Assembly: GCF_006345805.1 (NCBI RefSeq)
Contig: NC_043013.1
Coordinates: forward strand, 51,026,001-51,090,000
Length of the DNA: 64,000 nt
Reading direction: 5' to 3'
Origin: Octopus sinensis
Lineage: Eukaryota
This document shows, in pieces, positions 63,926 to 64,000 of the stretch. Position 1 is the first letter of the stretch; each line of letters begins with the position of its first letter. The notes below the pieces were generated by a model, which was given only the letters and a program-made list of their open reading frames with translations, was not told the DNA's origin and made no database searches. Made by a program: the position numbers and the translations under genes.

Positions 63926-64000
63926 TATATAAATATATAAACAGTATTCGAATAGAGGGCGCTATAACAGCTCATCTCCCGCACCATCGCCATCATACAA

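Overview
This is AT-rich, non-coding animal DNA, packed with microsatellites and short interspersed repeats. I infer a coleoid cephalopod, probably Octopus, from the tRNA-derived SINE families; this was not checked by search. No complete protein-coding gene is present, and almost all long ORFs in the track are translated microsatellites. One isolated 120-nt candidate exon (44909-45028) suggests the window may lie in the large introns of a host gene. Mobile content includes three tRNA-headed SINE families, non-autonomous Helitrons, a Helentron/HINE-like element, Tc1/mariner and hAT MITEs, RTE and Gypsy relics, decayed Penelope-like (PLE) GIY-YIG fragments, and a young Tx1/L1-type LINE 3' end inside a (TATC)n array. 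The most striking signal is a dense set of about a dozen minimal type-I hammerhead ribozyme motifs from several sequence families. Many have palindromic (dimer-type) stem III and an extra purine after A9, and some carry non-canonical cores (G3-C8 swap, A6C/A6U). One is fused to a tRNA-derived Pol III head and has a PLE-style inverted 5' copy, which makes it a candidate ribozyme-bearing SINE mobilised by Penelope-like machinery. All structures were read by eye and none has been tested for activity.
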